Shown here piece by piece: positions 8,166-17,604 of a stretch of 64,000 nt of DNA. The notes beneath the pieces were generated by a model. That model ran no database searches and was not told the DNA's origin. It saw only the letters and a program-made list of their open reading frames with translations. Each line of letters opens with the position of its first letter. Position 1 is the stretch's first letter. The stretch is from a virus. The DNA lies in IMG/VR virus record IMGVR_UViG_3300026118_000002, positions 1-64,000 of that record; one strand, given 5' to 3'. Made by a program: the position numbers and the translations under genes.

Positions 8166-9185
8166 ATGAGCCTCAAGCGATGGCTCACCTACTCACCTGT
8201 TCGCGTCGGTTCTGTTCTTGTGCTGATGATTATCGCGGTGCTGCTTGCGTCGTCTCTCGCGCGGCCCGCAACGCATATCCACGCCGCACCGATGACAGCG
8301 GTCGCAACGCTGGGTACCGCGACACTCACTGTTGCTGACTGCCCAGCGGGTACCGTTCTTCTGAACAGCCAAGCGTGGTTTACGGCGTTCGCTGGGCAGA
8401 CAGGTCACGATTTTGGGCACACGCATTTGGAGTTTTGCTACCCTGCCGGAAGAGTATTCAACGGGAATGCGGCTGTCCCGTTTACCTTCCTTCTGACGAT
8501 GCACGACAACCCCGGCGGTGCGCTGACCGGGATCGCGATTCAGGTGTTCGGTAATTACGGTGCGATTCAGGTTGCGAAGCAGGCATTCAAGCCGGCCTAC
8601 ACTTGCGCCGATACCTGCTCATGGCTCGTCACACTCACGCTCGATCTGACGAAGGTACCAAAGTCGGGACGGCAAGAACTGCGCGTCCGTCCAAGTGTTA
8701 CCGAGAGCGACGGAGCCAAGAGCATTATCTCTACGTCGTACCCATTCCCGATCGCGAGCGATAAGCCAAAAGATGACTATCGCGGGGAGTCGTACTGGCA
8801 AGGCAAGGGATGGTACGACACGCCGCCGGGGATCGAATACGCAAAGGCGCAACTCCTTAGTCTGATGCCTATCGGCCCGATCAGTGGGGTATGGACGCCA
8901 ACGGTTGGTTGCCAGTCATCCGCACTACCGGTCACGTCATGTCTTGTGGCATTGGATTCAAATTTCCATATGGGCGATAACGGGGTTGTCTTGTATCAGG
9001 GCACCGGGGCGTACAAAGGAACGGTGAGAATCGACACACGCTCGCTCGCTCCTGGCTGGCACAAGCTGATCATTCGCTCTGATGTGCGGGTTGCGTCAGT
9101 CGGCAGCACGAACAGTGGATTGCTCGGTATCTCATTCTACGTCTCGCAGCAGGGCGCGGTGTCTGCTGCTGGCATTCGTCAATAA
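8166..9185 (+). CDS. Secreted beta-rich protein of unknown function
   Basis: Signal-peptide-like N-terminus; 339 aa. Confidence 0.7.
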   Translation: MSLKRWLTYSPVRVGSVLVLMIIAVLLASSLARPATHIHAAPMTAVATLGTATLTVADCPAGTVLLNSQAWFTAFAGQTGHDFGHTHLEFCYPAGRVFNGNAAVPFTFLLTMHDNPGGALTGIAIQVFGNYGAIQVAKQAFKPAYTCADTCSWLVTLTLDLTKVPKSGRQELRVRPSVTESDGAKSIISTSYPFPIASDKPKDDYRGESYWQGKGWYDTPPGIEYAKAQLLSLMPIGPISGVWTPTVGCQSSALPVTSCLVALDSNFHMGDNGVVLYQGTGAYKGTVRIDTRSLAPGWHKLIIRSDVRVASVGSTNSGLLGISFYVSQQGAVSAAGIRQ

Positions 9186-9205
9186 CCAACCAAAGGGGAT
9201 TTTCG

Positions 9206-9553
9206 ATGGTTATGATCACATTTAGTCCTGAAGATGCGCAGATCGTCTACGGGCTGATCGCGTCGTTCCTGGTCCCATTCGTCATCTCGGCACTCAAGCG
9301 CGCGTCCTGGTCAGCCGGTGCGAAATTCGCGCTCGCCGTTGTGGTCTGCCTGCTCGCTGGTGCGCTGTCGGTCTATATGGCCGGTACGTTTACCGGCCCT
9401 ACGTCGGTCATTGTCGTGGGCGCGGCGATCTTCACAGCGGCTCAGGCTCACTTTGCTACCTGGTTCCAGTCGTTAGGTTTGGAATCGTGGCTCAATCCTG
9501 GCAGCGATGCGCCAGTGAATGTAGCACCGACGCCGATCTCGCGTCTGCCGTAG
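9206..9553 (+). CDS. Holin-like three-TM protein
   Basis: SD AAAGGGG; three hydrophobic helices; lysis context. Confidence 0.75.
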   Translation: MVMITFSPEDAQIVYGLIASFLVPFVISALKRASWSAGAKFALAVVVCLLAGALSVYMAGTFTGPTSVIVVGAAIFTAAQAHFATWFQSLGLESWLNPGSDAPVNVAPTPISRLP

Positions 9554-9555
9554 CG

Positions 9556-9771
9556 ATGGATATCGAAGCCTACGCCGCACTCGTTGCCGCCTATCGTCAG
9601 GCGCGGCGGGCGTGGCAGAGCCCGATCGTGCAGCAGGGTGCGATGCTGCTGGGGATGGACGAGCGATCGTTCTGCCATATGCTGATATGGCTGCGCACGG
9701 GCGCGGTGGTACATCAGGCGTACGATCGAGCATTCACGGAGGCGGGCGACGATTCACAGGAGACCCCATGA
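9556..9771 (+). CDS. Hypothetical protein
   Basis: Tight packing, ATGA overlap. Confidence 0.6.
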   Translation: MDIEAYAALVAAYRQARRAWQSPIVQQGAMLLGMDERSFCHMLIWLRTGAVVHQAYDRAFTEAGDDSQETP

Positions 9772-10112
9772 CGAGCTTATCCCGCCAACAGACGCTACCG
9801 CTCTTCTGGTGGCTACAGCCATCGCGCTACCAGAATCAGCCGCACGCCTACGTGTGTCCGCTCCTGATGACGCTCTCTGCGCTGCTCTGGCGCGTGCGCG
9901 GGAAGCATGCCGTGTGGAGTGCGGCGACGTGGGGGCAGTACACCGATCGTGATATTGATGAGCCGACGCCGGGATGGATTTCGCCCGCGCGGGTCGTTAT
10001 TGGTCACTGCGAGGCAGACTGCCTGTTCCCGCGAAGGCTTATTGAGAAAGAATGCGACTTCTGGAATGGCCGGATCGGAGTTCGCATACGAAGCCCGCGC
10101 CGCAAGCGATGA
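9768..10112 (+). CDS. Hypothetical Trp-rich protein
   Basis: SD AGGAG; ATGA overlaps at both ends. Confidence 0.6.
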   Translation: MTSLSRQQTLPLFWWLQPSRYQNQPHAYVCPLLMTLSALLWRVRGKHAVWSAATWGQYTDRDIDEPTPGWISPARVVIGHCEADCLFPRRLIEKECDFWNGRIGVRIRSPRRKR

Positions 10113-10408
10113 TCGCAACCGCCACAGTGCATGAAACAGCAAACGGCACGCACGTTGGCTCATACACATTCGAGGCACCATGTTGGCGAGACTGTGTGTA
10201 CGGCATTCTTTATTGGCTACGAATCGAAGTGCTGCCGTATTGGCCGATCGATGCGCTACGTCTTTCGTGGTTCAACGATACCGATCGGGACATCGCAGCC
10301 GCGCTCTACGGCATCGGATTGAGTCATTCTCTCGTTGATCAACAGGCGGTACGCGCTGCGCACGAACAGGTATTTGCAGAGGCCGGCAGCGATGCGTCTC
10401 AGAGATGA
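10109..10408 (+). CDS. Hypothetical protein
   Basis: ATGA overlap. Confidence 0.6.
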   Translation: MIATATVHETANGTHVGSYTFEAPCWRDCVYGILYWLRIEVLPYWPIDALRLSWFNDTDRDIAAALYGIGLSHSLVDQQAVRAAHEQVFAEAGSDASQR

Positions 10409-10495
10409 TCGTGGCTGTGTTATCGCCATCGGGCTATCCGTCGCGCTGCTCGCTATCTGCGCGCTGCTGCTGATTGCGGCGCTAATGGGGCACTT

Positions 10496-10708
10496 ATGAT
10501 CAGTCTAATCGCCTTTTGCATCTTCGTCGCCTTCGTCGGGCTGGCTACTTTCTTCGTGTGGCTGAATCATCGTCCGACGCGCACCACGTACACGCTGGTG
10601 CAACGCCGCGCGGCTTGGCATGTCAGCGGCGGCAAGGCATCGGCGCGACATGCAACCACCGAAGAGGCGCTGCTAGACATGAGCAGCCGCGTGAAGGGCG
10701 ACGAGTGA
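10496..10708 (+). CDS. Small membrane protein
   Basis: N-terminal TM. Confidence 0.55.
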   Translation: MISLIAFCIFVAFVGLATFFVWLNHRPTRTTYTLVQRRAAWHVSGGKASARHATTEEALLDMSSRVKGDE

Positions 10709-11079
10709 TCGGCGCAATCCGTAGCACGGCGCTGGCGCTGCTGCTGGGAGCGATGCCGTTCGGCGGGTCGGTCATGCACGGCTACGCAGCGAGGTACGAT
10801 CCTGGCGTATTCGAGCAGGTACGCGCGAACCGGGGGATGCCGCACGCCGACTGCTACATCGCCTCGGATCGGCACCCGCTCGGGGCGCTGGTGCGGATCG
10901 AGGGTGTGCGAACGGGCGTGTGGCGGATCGCGCAAGTGACCGACATGTCGGCCCCGAAGGATAAGGCGCGACACCTGCGATCTGGCTTGGTGGAATTAGA
11001 CTACGCATGCGCGCGAGCGATTTGTGGACATGTCTCTGAGCCGTGGCGCGAATGCCCGGTGATCGTACGAGGAGCCTGA
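10705..11079 (+). CDS. RlpA-like double-psi beta-barrel protein
   Basis: Signal peptide; GYAARY...PLGALVRI...VTD...VELDY pattern. Confidence 0.6.
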   Translation: MIGAIRSTALALLLGAMPFGGSVMHGYAARYDPGVFEQVRANRGMPHADCYIASDRHPLGALVRIEGVRTGVWRIAQVTDMSAPKDKARHLRSGLVELDYACARAICGHVSEPWRECPVIVRGA

Positions 11080-11081
11080 TC

Positions 11082-11636
11082 ATGACGACCCTTCCTGGCA
11101 CGTTTGGCCCTGACAATCGCTACAAGACCTACACCAACGCCCCCTCGCAGGTCACCGATGCCGCTGGCGTCGAGTTTCGTGGCCTGCTGGCGAGCGACAG
11201 TAAGCAGGCGAATAAGCTCTGCTACGTCGTGGTGCGGATGGACACGCAGGCGGTGATCTTCGCATCCCCAGCGGGTGCGGGTAGCGGCAGCATCAGCGCC
11301 GCGCCGAGCGGGCCGCTGAAGGTCGTCTACAACGTCGCGCAGAACGCGGGCACGGACACGCTGAGCACGGCGATTCCTGATGTGTTCACGCCGTTCGTGA
11401 TTGAGTCGACCGTGCGGGCGATCCTTGCTACCGTCGCGCAGCAGATTCGCACGAATAAAGACACGACCGGGCTGAACCAATCGATCTATCAGAAGATCGT
11501 CGGCTACGCCGCCTCGACGCACGCCGCGCTGGTTGCCGAGATAGTGAAGAAGGTCGGCGAAATCTACGGGCTCACTGCCGCACCGCAGCCGAGCGCGGCG
11601 AGTCCGCAGGCGGCGCACCCGGATGTGGAGATGTAG
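11082..11636 (+). CDS. Hypothetical protein
   Basis: SD GGAG; 184 aa. Confidence 0.65.
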   Translation: MTTLPGTFGPDNRYKTYTNAPSQVTDAAGVEFRGLLASDSKQANKLCYVVVRMDTQAVIFASPAGAGSGSISAAPSGPLKVVYNVAQNAGTDTLSTAIPDVFTPFVIESTVRAILATVAQQIRTNKDTTGLNQSIYQKIVGYAASTHAALVAEIVKKVGEIYGLTAAPQPSAASPQAAHPDVEM

Positions 11637-11638
11637 CT

Positions 11639-11848
11639 ATGGCAGAACTTCCGCGCCGTTCGTTTCTGGTGAATCTTGGGCTTTTGCCTTTTACGATCAG
11701 GGGGCTGTCTAGTAGTGTGCCGATACAGAAGCCGAACGAGATGCCCGTTGCTGTTGATACGGAGTCACCTTCACCGGGCGTGGCGACGGGCGGATGGGTC
11801 ACGATCACGGTCAATGGTGTGCCTTGCAGGTTTCCCGTTGTTCCCTAG
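11639..11848 (+). CDS. Small hypothetical protein with RRSFL (Tat-like) N-terminus
   Basis: MAELPRRSFLVNLGLL. Confidence 0.5.
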   Translation: MAELPRRSFLVNLGLLPFTIRGLSSSVPIQKPNEMPVAVDTESPSPGVATGGWVTITVNGVPCRFPVVP

Positions 11849-11857
11849 AAAGCACAT

Positions 11858-12493
11858 ATGACCTACACGCCCGACAGCCCGCTCATCGGCCCATCGCACG
11901 CCACGGCGGCGCAGTGTGCGGCGTACATCCTTGCGCGCCCGCATGGCGAGTACGACGAACACGATATCGCTGAGGTAATCGTGCCGGGCTATGTGCGTGT
12001 GTGTGAGCGGGTGGGGCTGGACTGGACGCTTCTGATTGCGCAGATGTGTCACGAGACAGCGTATCTGAGCAGTTGGTGGTCACAACGACCGAGGCGCAAT
12101 CCGGCAGGGATAGGGGTAACCGGGTACAGCACGAATCCTCGTCATTTAGTGCCGGCTGGGCCAGGGTGGGTATATCGTGGCAATACACTTGTCGAGGGCT
12201 GCGCGTTCGCCTCGTGGACTGATGACGCGATACCCTGCCACGCCGGGCGCTTGCTCGCCTACGCACTCACGGATGCGGACATTGCGCCGTTCCCAACCGG
12301 GCGCGATCCTGAGTTGCACCAAGCGCAGCGCAGCCTGATTGCACAGGCACTCGCCGTGCGTCCGCTGCCTCCGTCGTATCGTGGGGTTGCGCCGAGTCTG
12401 CGAGGACTAGCGGGGCGATGGGCGGTGCCGGGGGCGACCTACCCGGATAAGATCGTGACGATCGCGAATGCGATTGTGCGGGTGAGGGCGTAG
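11858..12493 (+). CDS. Second endolysin-like protein, glucosaminidase (GH73-like)
   Basis: AQMCHETAY, NPAGIG, FASW, LAGRWA..TY motifs. Confidence 0.8.
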   Translation: MTYTPDSPLIGPSHATAAQCAAYILARPHGEYDEHDIAEVIVPGYVRVCERVGLDWTLLIAQMCHETAYLSSWWSQRPRRNPAGIGVTGYSTNPRHLVPAGPGWVYRGNTLVEGCAFASWTDDAIPCHAGRLLAYALTDADIAPFPTGRDPELHQAQRSLIAQALAVRPLPPSYRGVAPSLRGLAGRWAVPGATYPDKIVTIANAIVRVRA

Positions 12494-12495
12494 TC

Positions 12496-12738
12496 ATGGC
12501 GTATTCTGTAAGGCACCCATGGAAATGTGAGCGCTGTGGTACTGTCTGGGCTGCGTGCCCGCCGTTCTGTGGTTGCTCTGAGTATTCAACCGTGTCCACT
12601 ACAACCGTAACGACGGGTGGGTCTCCTGTGTTGATTCCTGCTGCTTGGCGTTGCACATGTGCTGCGTATCCGGTTATTGATACGCGCTGCCCTGTGCATG
12701 GAGTGCGGTTTGTTTCGAGTTCATGGAGGACACATTGA
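12496..12738 (+). CDS. Cys-rich hypothetical protein
   Basis: CERC, CTC, CPVHG motifs. Confidence 0.5.
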   Translation: MAYSVRHPWKCERCGTVWAACPPFCGCSEYSTVSTTTVTTGGSPVLIPAAWRCTCAAYPVIDTRCPVHGVRFVSSSWRTH

Positions 12739-12959
12739 TGATCCGTGCGCTTGGCTACGCGCTGCTGCTGAATATCCTGTACGTGCTGATCGTCATAGTG
12801 AACCTAGTCGCGTTTGGGTTCTTCAATCTTGGCGTCGTGATCATCGCGCCGCTTGTGTGTGGGGCGCTGCTGCCTATTCAGTACGATTCTGTTCGGCAGA
12901 AGTATGCGCGGAAGCAACCAACGCACGATGTGGTGTCTTCCGAGATCGTGTGTTGGTGA
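12723..12959 (+). CDS. Small membrane protein
   Basis: SD GGAGG; two TM segments. Confidence 0.55.
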   Translation: MEDTLMIRALGYALLLNILYVLIVIVNLVAFGFFNLGVVIIAPLVCGALLPIQYDSVRQKYARKQPTHDVVSSEIVCW

Positions 12960-13010
12960 TGTCCCTTCGTCATCCGCTGCAATGGCTGCTGTGGGGCCCG
13001 CTGTCTGCCG

Positions 13011-13715
13011 TTGCCGCGCGGGTGTGGCCTAGATTTGAGTGAGTGTGTGAGTGCTGGGTTGACCGATAAGCAAGCGCTGTTTGTGCGAGAGTACCTAGCC
13101 TGCCTGAATGCCGCTGAAGCAGCTCGAAGGGCAGGCTATTCAGAGCACACCGCACGACAGCAAGGGCAGCGCCTGTTGACAAATGTTGACATTGTTGAAG
13201 CAGTGCGTATCGGACTCGCCGAGCGCGCGATGCCTACCGACGAGGTGCTGACGCGGCTTGCTGACATTGCACGCGGCGACATGGGTGATTTCCTGCGCAT
13301 TGACGAGGAGGAGATCACCCTGAGCCAAACACTGGCCTATGTTACGCAGCAGGAAGCGGGGGGTGCCGTAAGTGCTGCTGTCTCTCGCCTAAAGGGTGAA
13401 GATTCGGGCAATAAGGATGAGCCGCGCCGGGCATTACTTATCACAACCGAGACGGTTAAGCGCCCGATCGCGCGACTCGATCTTATGCAGGCTGGTCGGC
13501 GCGGGCTACTACGCCTCGTCAAGAAATACTCGCTTGACGACAAGGGTAAGGTCGCAATCGAGTTGTATAGCGCGCAAGACGCACTGAACACGTCAGCGAA
13601 GATACACGGACTGCTCAAAGAGCAGTCAACGAATCTGAATGTGACACCCGATGAACTCAAGAACATGAGTGACGAGGATTTCAACGAACTTGCTCGGAAG
13701 CGTGGCCTCCTCTAA
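13011..13715 (+). CDS. terS: Terminase small subunit (likely start GTG 13047)
   Basis: LTDKQALFVREYL..NAAEAARRAGYS..TA..QGQRLL signature; directly upstream of TerL. Confidence 0.92.
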   Translation: MPRGCGLDLSECVSAGLTDKQALFVREYLACLNAAEAARRAGYSEHTARQQGQRLLTNVDIVEAVRIGLAERAMPTDEVLTRLADIARGDMGDFLRIDEEEITLSQTLAYVTQQEAGGAVSAAVSRLKGEDSGNKDEPRRALLITTETVKRPIARLDLMQAGRRGLLRLVKKYSLDDKGKVAIELYSAQDALNTSAKIHGLLKEQSTNLNVTPDELKNMSDEDFNELARKRGLL

Positions 13716-15213
13716 CGGTCTCAGCGACCTTGATATTCTCATTGAGCGTGAGCGTAGGCGACGTATCGCTCTGGCGAACGTGGTGCTTGACCCGTACCGC
13801 GCCGATCCTACTGCCTTCATCGATGAGTGTGTCTCGATTGACAATGCGCAGAGCGGCGACTCGGCTGATGCGCAGCATGAGACGATGCCGTTCCATCTCT
13901 GGCCGGCGCAAGCTGATCTGCTTGCCGCAATCCACACCGAACGCCTGCTGCTGATCTTGAAAGCACGCCAACTCGGTATCTCCTGGTTGGTGTGTGCCTA
14001 CGCGCTCTGGCTGTGTCTGTTCCGCCCTGGTCGCCTGGTGCTGATGTTCTCGATCGGGCAAGGTGAAGCCAATGAGATGCTGCGCCGCGTCAACGTGATG
14101 TACTGGCGGCTGAGCAGCGCGTTGCGCGATAGTTTGCCGCATCTTGTCAAGGAGAACACTGAGGAGATGACATGGGCTAACGGCTCACGCATCCAGTCGC
14201 TTCCCGCGCGTAAGACGGCGGGCTCTGGCTACACGGCGTCGTTGGTCATCCTTGACGAGTTTGCCAAGAACACGAGCGCGAGAGAGATTTACACCGCTGT
14301 CAAGCCAACCGTGGATGGAGGCGGGCAGATGATCATCCTCTCGTCTGCGCACGGCGTCGGCAATTTGTTTCACGAGATGGTCACACGCGCACTCGCGCGC
14401 CTCGGTCGCTTCGCCTTTCGTTTCCTGCCATGGACGGCGCGGCCTGGTCGTGATGCGGCGTGGTACAGTGCTGTTGCGGCGGATGCGGTGGACTCGTCGC
14501 TAATGAAGCAGGAGTATCCCGCGACGCCGGAAGAGGCATTCGAGGCGACGGAGGTTGACTCGTTCCTGTCGAATATCCAGCTCTGGGATGCGTGCCGAGA
14601 CGACACGCTGCCGCCGCTCGGACCGCATGAGCCGTGCGTCTTGGCGATGGACGGCTCAGAGAGTGACGACACCTTCCCACTGGTGCTGATCTCGCGCCAT
14701 CCTGCCGACCCGGTGCGGTTCGCCGTGCGCTACTGTCATATCTTCACGCCGGTTCCTGGTGTGGTGCTGGATGACACCGAGATTGAGGCGGAGATACGCG
14801 ATCTGTGCCGGCGCTTTGCGATTGTCGAAATCGCCTTCGACCGCGCGCTGATCGGCCAACTGATGCGCCGGCTCACGACACAGACGGTCAATGGGCCACC
14901 ACCAATTCCGGTCTCAGCGGAGAAGTTCAATCAGGGCGGTGATCGACTTGTCGCCGATAAGTTTCTCTACGACCTGATTCTTCAGCGCCGGATCGCGCAC
15001 AACGGACAGGAAGACTTACGCCAGCACGTCGCGAATGCGAATAAGAAGAAGGACGCGAGCGGGCGTATCCGCATCGTCAAGCGCACGCATCGACTCAAGA
15101 TCGATGCGTGTGTGGCGACGGCGATGGGCGTGATGCGTGCGTCGGAGGTGCTGTCGTTCGTTGCGTGGGACTCCGCGCAACTTGAGCCATTAAGTACAGG
15201 ACGGAACGTATAG
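13702..15213 (+). CDS. terL: Terminase large subunit
   Basis: LKARQLGIS Walker A, LVILDE Walker B, C-terminal nuclease ending KIDACVA. Confidence 0.93.
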   Translation: MASSNGLSDLDILIERERRRRIALANVVLDPYRADPTAFIDECVSIDNAQSGDSADAQHETMPFHLWPAQADLLAAIHTERLLLILKARQLGISWLVCAYALWLCLFRPGRLVLMFSIGQGEANEMLRRVNVMYWRLSSALRDSLPHLVKENTEEMTWANGSRIQSLPARKTAGSGYTASLVILDEFAKNTSAREIYTAVKPTVDGGGQMIILSSAHGVGNLFHEMVTRALARLGRFAFRFLPWTARPGRDAAWYSAVAADAVDSSLMKQEYPATPEEAFEATEVDSFLSNIQLWDACRDDTLPPLGPHEPCVLAMDGSESDDTFPLVLISRHPADPVRFAVRYCHIFTPVPGVVLDDTEIEAEIRDLCRRFAIVEIAFDRALIGQLMRRLTTQTVNGPPPIPVSAEKFNQGGDRLVADKFLYDLILQRRIAHNGQEDLRQHVANANKKKDASGRIRIVKRTHRLKIDACVATAMGVMRASEVLSFVAWDSAQLEPLSTGRNV

Positions 15214-16677
15214 ATGCTCGGTACCTCGACCAACTGGCTTGCTGCCGTCTCGCGCCTGCTTCGGCGCGATCATCGGCAGACCTCGTGGGCCTGGATTGAT
15301 CGTCAATCCTCCTATCTGTTGTTCGACTCCTACTACGCCAACACTGCCTACGAGCGCCTGTTCGACGGCGGGCAGCGCGACGCGATCAACGCCTCACTTG
15401 GCAACGCCGCCGCTGCGGACATTGCTGGACTGTACAACCCGGTCGCGAACGTGGTTGACCTATATCTGAACGTGTTCGGCGGTAATTTCGGCGATGAGAT
15501 TCAAGTCGAGCCAACCGGCAACGCGACACCAGCGCTCGTCAATGTCATCGGTCAAATCTGGCGATGGTCGAATCTCTCCGTCGAAAAGCAGCCACTGTGC
15601 CGCTATGCTGCAACGCATGGCAACGTCGGGCTACGCATCGTCGCGCGCAATGACCCCGATCTGACGAAGCGCCGTGTGTATCTCAAGCCAGAGCACCCGC
15701 GCATCATTCGTGATCTTGAGCGCGACGAGCGTGGCAACATTACTGCGATCCAACTCGAATACGACGTGACCAGCGGGCTCGCCGAGAAGGCCACGACGAT
15801 CACGGTGCGCGAAGAGTTGACCACGGAGATGATCCGCTCGTGGCGCGTATCCGGCGGCACCTCGCTCGTCCCCTACGATCTCTTTGCCAAGGCCGATAAC
15901 GGCCCGCGTTGGGAGTACCCGAACGCGCTCGGTATCGTCCCGTACGTGCTCCTCAGGCACGAGTACACCGGTGATACCTGGGGGCGTAATGCCTTCTATA
16001 AAGCGCTGAGCCCACTGAACCGACTGAACGCGCTGATCACGCATGTCGATGTTCAAGTGCATAGGCACGTCAACGGCGTGCTGTTCATCGCCGCGAGTGG
16101 CGCGGCCCCGACGACCATCGATCTGTCTGGGCTCAAGGTCGCATACGTCGATACGCGCAACAGCGCCACGACGCCATTTATGCAGTGGATGGTCGCGCCG
16201 CTCGATTTGCTTGGCGCAATCGCCGAGATCAATCTTCAGCTCGACATGATCGAGGATAGCTTGCCGGAACTCAAGGCGACGGCGGGGAAGTTCCTGTCAG
16301 GCCAGAGCGGGCAGACAATCGCAGAACTGCGCAAGCCGGCTGAGGAGAAGGTCAATCTCGCGCGGGCGAACTACGAGTCGGCACTGATCGATGCACAGAA
16401 AATAGCGGTTTCATGGATGGTGCTGCTTGGTATGGCTGATGTGGGCACCGGGATGGGCACGCGCGCCGCCGCCGACGCTGCATTCGCGGGCGGCTATGAG
16501 GATCATCGCTTCAATACGCGCCCGCTGCTTTCGCTGACGAGCCCGCCGCCCGCGCCACTGTCAATACCAGGAGCCGCGCCTGTTGTAGCGACACCCCCGG
16601 CTGTACCGCCAGCGCAGGGCGGGACGCCACAGCCGGTGTCGATGGATATGACGACAAAAGCCGGGGGTGCGTCATGA
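15214..16677 (+). CDS. Portal protein (SPP1 gp6-like)
   Basis: 487 aa after TerL; YPNALGIVPYV and SGQTI motifs. Confidence 0.85.
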   Translation: MLGTSTNWLAAVSRLLRRDHRQTSWAWIDRQSSYLLFDSYYANTAYERLFDGGQRDAINASLGNAAAADIAGLYNPVANVVDLYLNVFGGNFGDEIQVEPTGNATPALVNVIGQIWRWSNLSVEKQPLCRYAATHGNVGLRIVARNDPDLTKRRVYLKPEHPRIIRDLERDERGNITAIQLEYDVTSGLAEKATTITVREELTTEMIRSWRVSGGTSLVPYDLFAKADNGPRWEYPNALGIVPYVLLRHEYTGDTWGRNAFYKALSPLNRLNALITHVDVQVHRHVNGVLFIAASGAAPTTIDLSGLKVAYVDTRNSATTPFMQWMVAPLDLLGAIAEINLQLDMIEDSLPELKATAGKFLSGQSGQTIAELRKPAEEKVNLARANYESALIDAQKIAVSWMVLLGMADVGTGMGTRAAADAAFAGGYEDHRFNTRPLLSLTSPPPAPLSIPGAAPVVATPPAVPPAQGGTPQPVSMDMTTKAGGAS

Positions 16678-17138
16678 ACGACACCATCCACGAATCAGTG
16701 CCCGCGCATCGTCAGCCATCAGATGAGGCAATCGCCTATTTTCAAGACTGCCGACGCTTGCTCGGCATCAGCGATACATGGCACCTCTGGCTTGAGGTCG
16801 CTGATGCGCCATACGGCAATGAGGAAGCAGACGGCGCGGCTGATCTTGAGGCGCGTTACCTCAAAGGCACGATCATCTATCGGCGCAATTTGACCGATGC
16901 GCGTCGCCCGTTCGTGCTGATGCATGAGGCGTTCCATGTGGTCTTTGCGCCACTCCAACTCGCACATGATCGCGTGGTCGAACTACTACCAGAGGCGCTA
17001 CAGACGCACGCACGCGAGCTGCTGTGTGATGCGGAAGAGCAGATCATTGAGCAACTGACCCGTGCGCTGCAAGCACAGATTACGCCACCGAAAGACGATG
17101 CGGTTACACCTAGCGATACGGACAAGGAATCGTCATGA
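16674..17138 (+). CDS. HExxH zinc metallopeptidase-like protein
   Basis: VLMHEAFHV plus downstream EEQ. Confidence 0.7.
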   Translation: MNDTIHESVPAHRQPSDEAIAYFQDCRRLLGISDTWHLWLEVADAPYGNEEADGAADLEARYLKGTIIYRRNLTDARRPFVLMHEAFHVVFAPLQLAHDRVVELLPEALQTHARELLCDAEEQIIEQLTRALQAQITPPKDDAVTPSDTDKESS

Positions 17139-17350
17139 CCACACTGAACAGCACCGCAATCCCGCTTCACACACACACCGCGCCAATCATTGCCGCGCCG
17201 GTGCTGTTCCTCTGCCCCTACTGCGGTCATGGCGTACGCGAGCATATGCGCTTGTCCTATCCGCCGTCGGTTGTGGGGGCGTATCAGCCGGTCTATCGGT
17301 GTGTGTGCGGACGGCATTTCGGGCTGCCGATCACGCGGGATGAGGAGTGA
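17135..17350 (+). CDS. Zinc-ribbon protein
   Basis: CPYCGH and CVCG motifs. Confidence 0.6.
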   Translation: MTTLNSTAIPLHTHTAPIIAAPVLFLCPYCGHGVREHMRLSYPPSVVGAYQPVYRCVCGRHFGLPITRDEE

Positions 17351-17392
17351 GGCGGCATAGATGTGGGCTATGTCTATCGCCGTTACCATAGA

Positions 17393-17429
17393 ATTGTCAC
17401 TTGACACCAGCGTGCGCGCGTGCTAGACT
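17393..17429 (+). promoter_or_regulatory. Sigma70-type promoter upstream of the head genes
   Basis: TTGACA(17401)-17-TAGACT(17424) with TGn; the -35 lies in palindrome TGTCA-CT-TGACA. Confidence 0.8.
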
Positions 17430-17439
17430 AAAGGCTACT

Positions 17440-17517
17440 GATCAGGGTGGCAGTGTGAGTTGAACACGCTGGCCTAACAGCACGGAAATGCAGGTGGAAT
17501 GCCTGCCCGCCCTGATC
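17440..17517 (+). ncRNA. tRNA-like cloverleaf RNA, copy 1 (non-canonical)
   Basis: 11-bp closing stem GATCAGGGTGG/CCGCCCTGATC; arms GTGT/ACAC, GCTG/CAGC, GCAGG-TGGAATG-CCTGC. Confidence 0.65.
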
Positions 17518-17530
17518 TCCTAAGTTCATC

Positions 17531-17584
17531 CATCCGACGATCCAACGGGTCGCATCTCTTACGAGACGTGACCCGTTTTGTTTT
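17531..17584 (+). terminator. Conserved box plus terminator-like hairpin, copy 1
   Basis: CATCCGACGATCC then AACGGGTC...GACCCGTT-TTGTTTT; repeated at 37846. Confidence 0.8.
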
Positions 17585-17604
17585 GCCCAGAATAAGGAAC
17601 CACC

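Noticed and set aside
17467-17482. Amber-suppressor tRNA (CTA in the loop)
   Set aside because: Loop is 6 nt without U33, the T loop lacks TTC, and there is no CCA; kept only as tRNA-like
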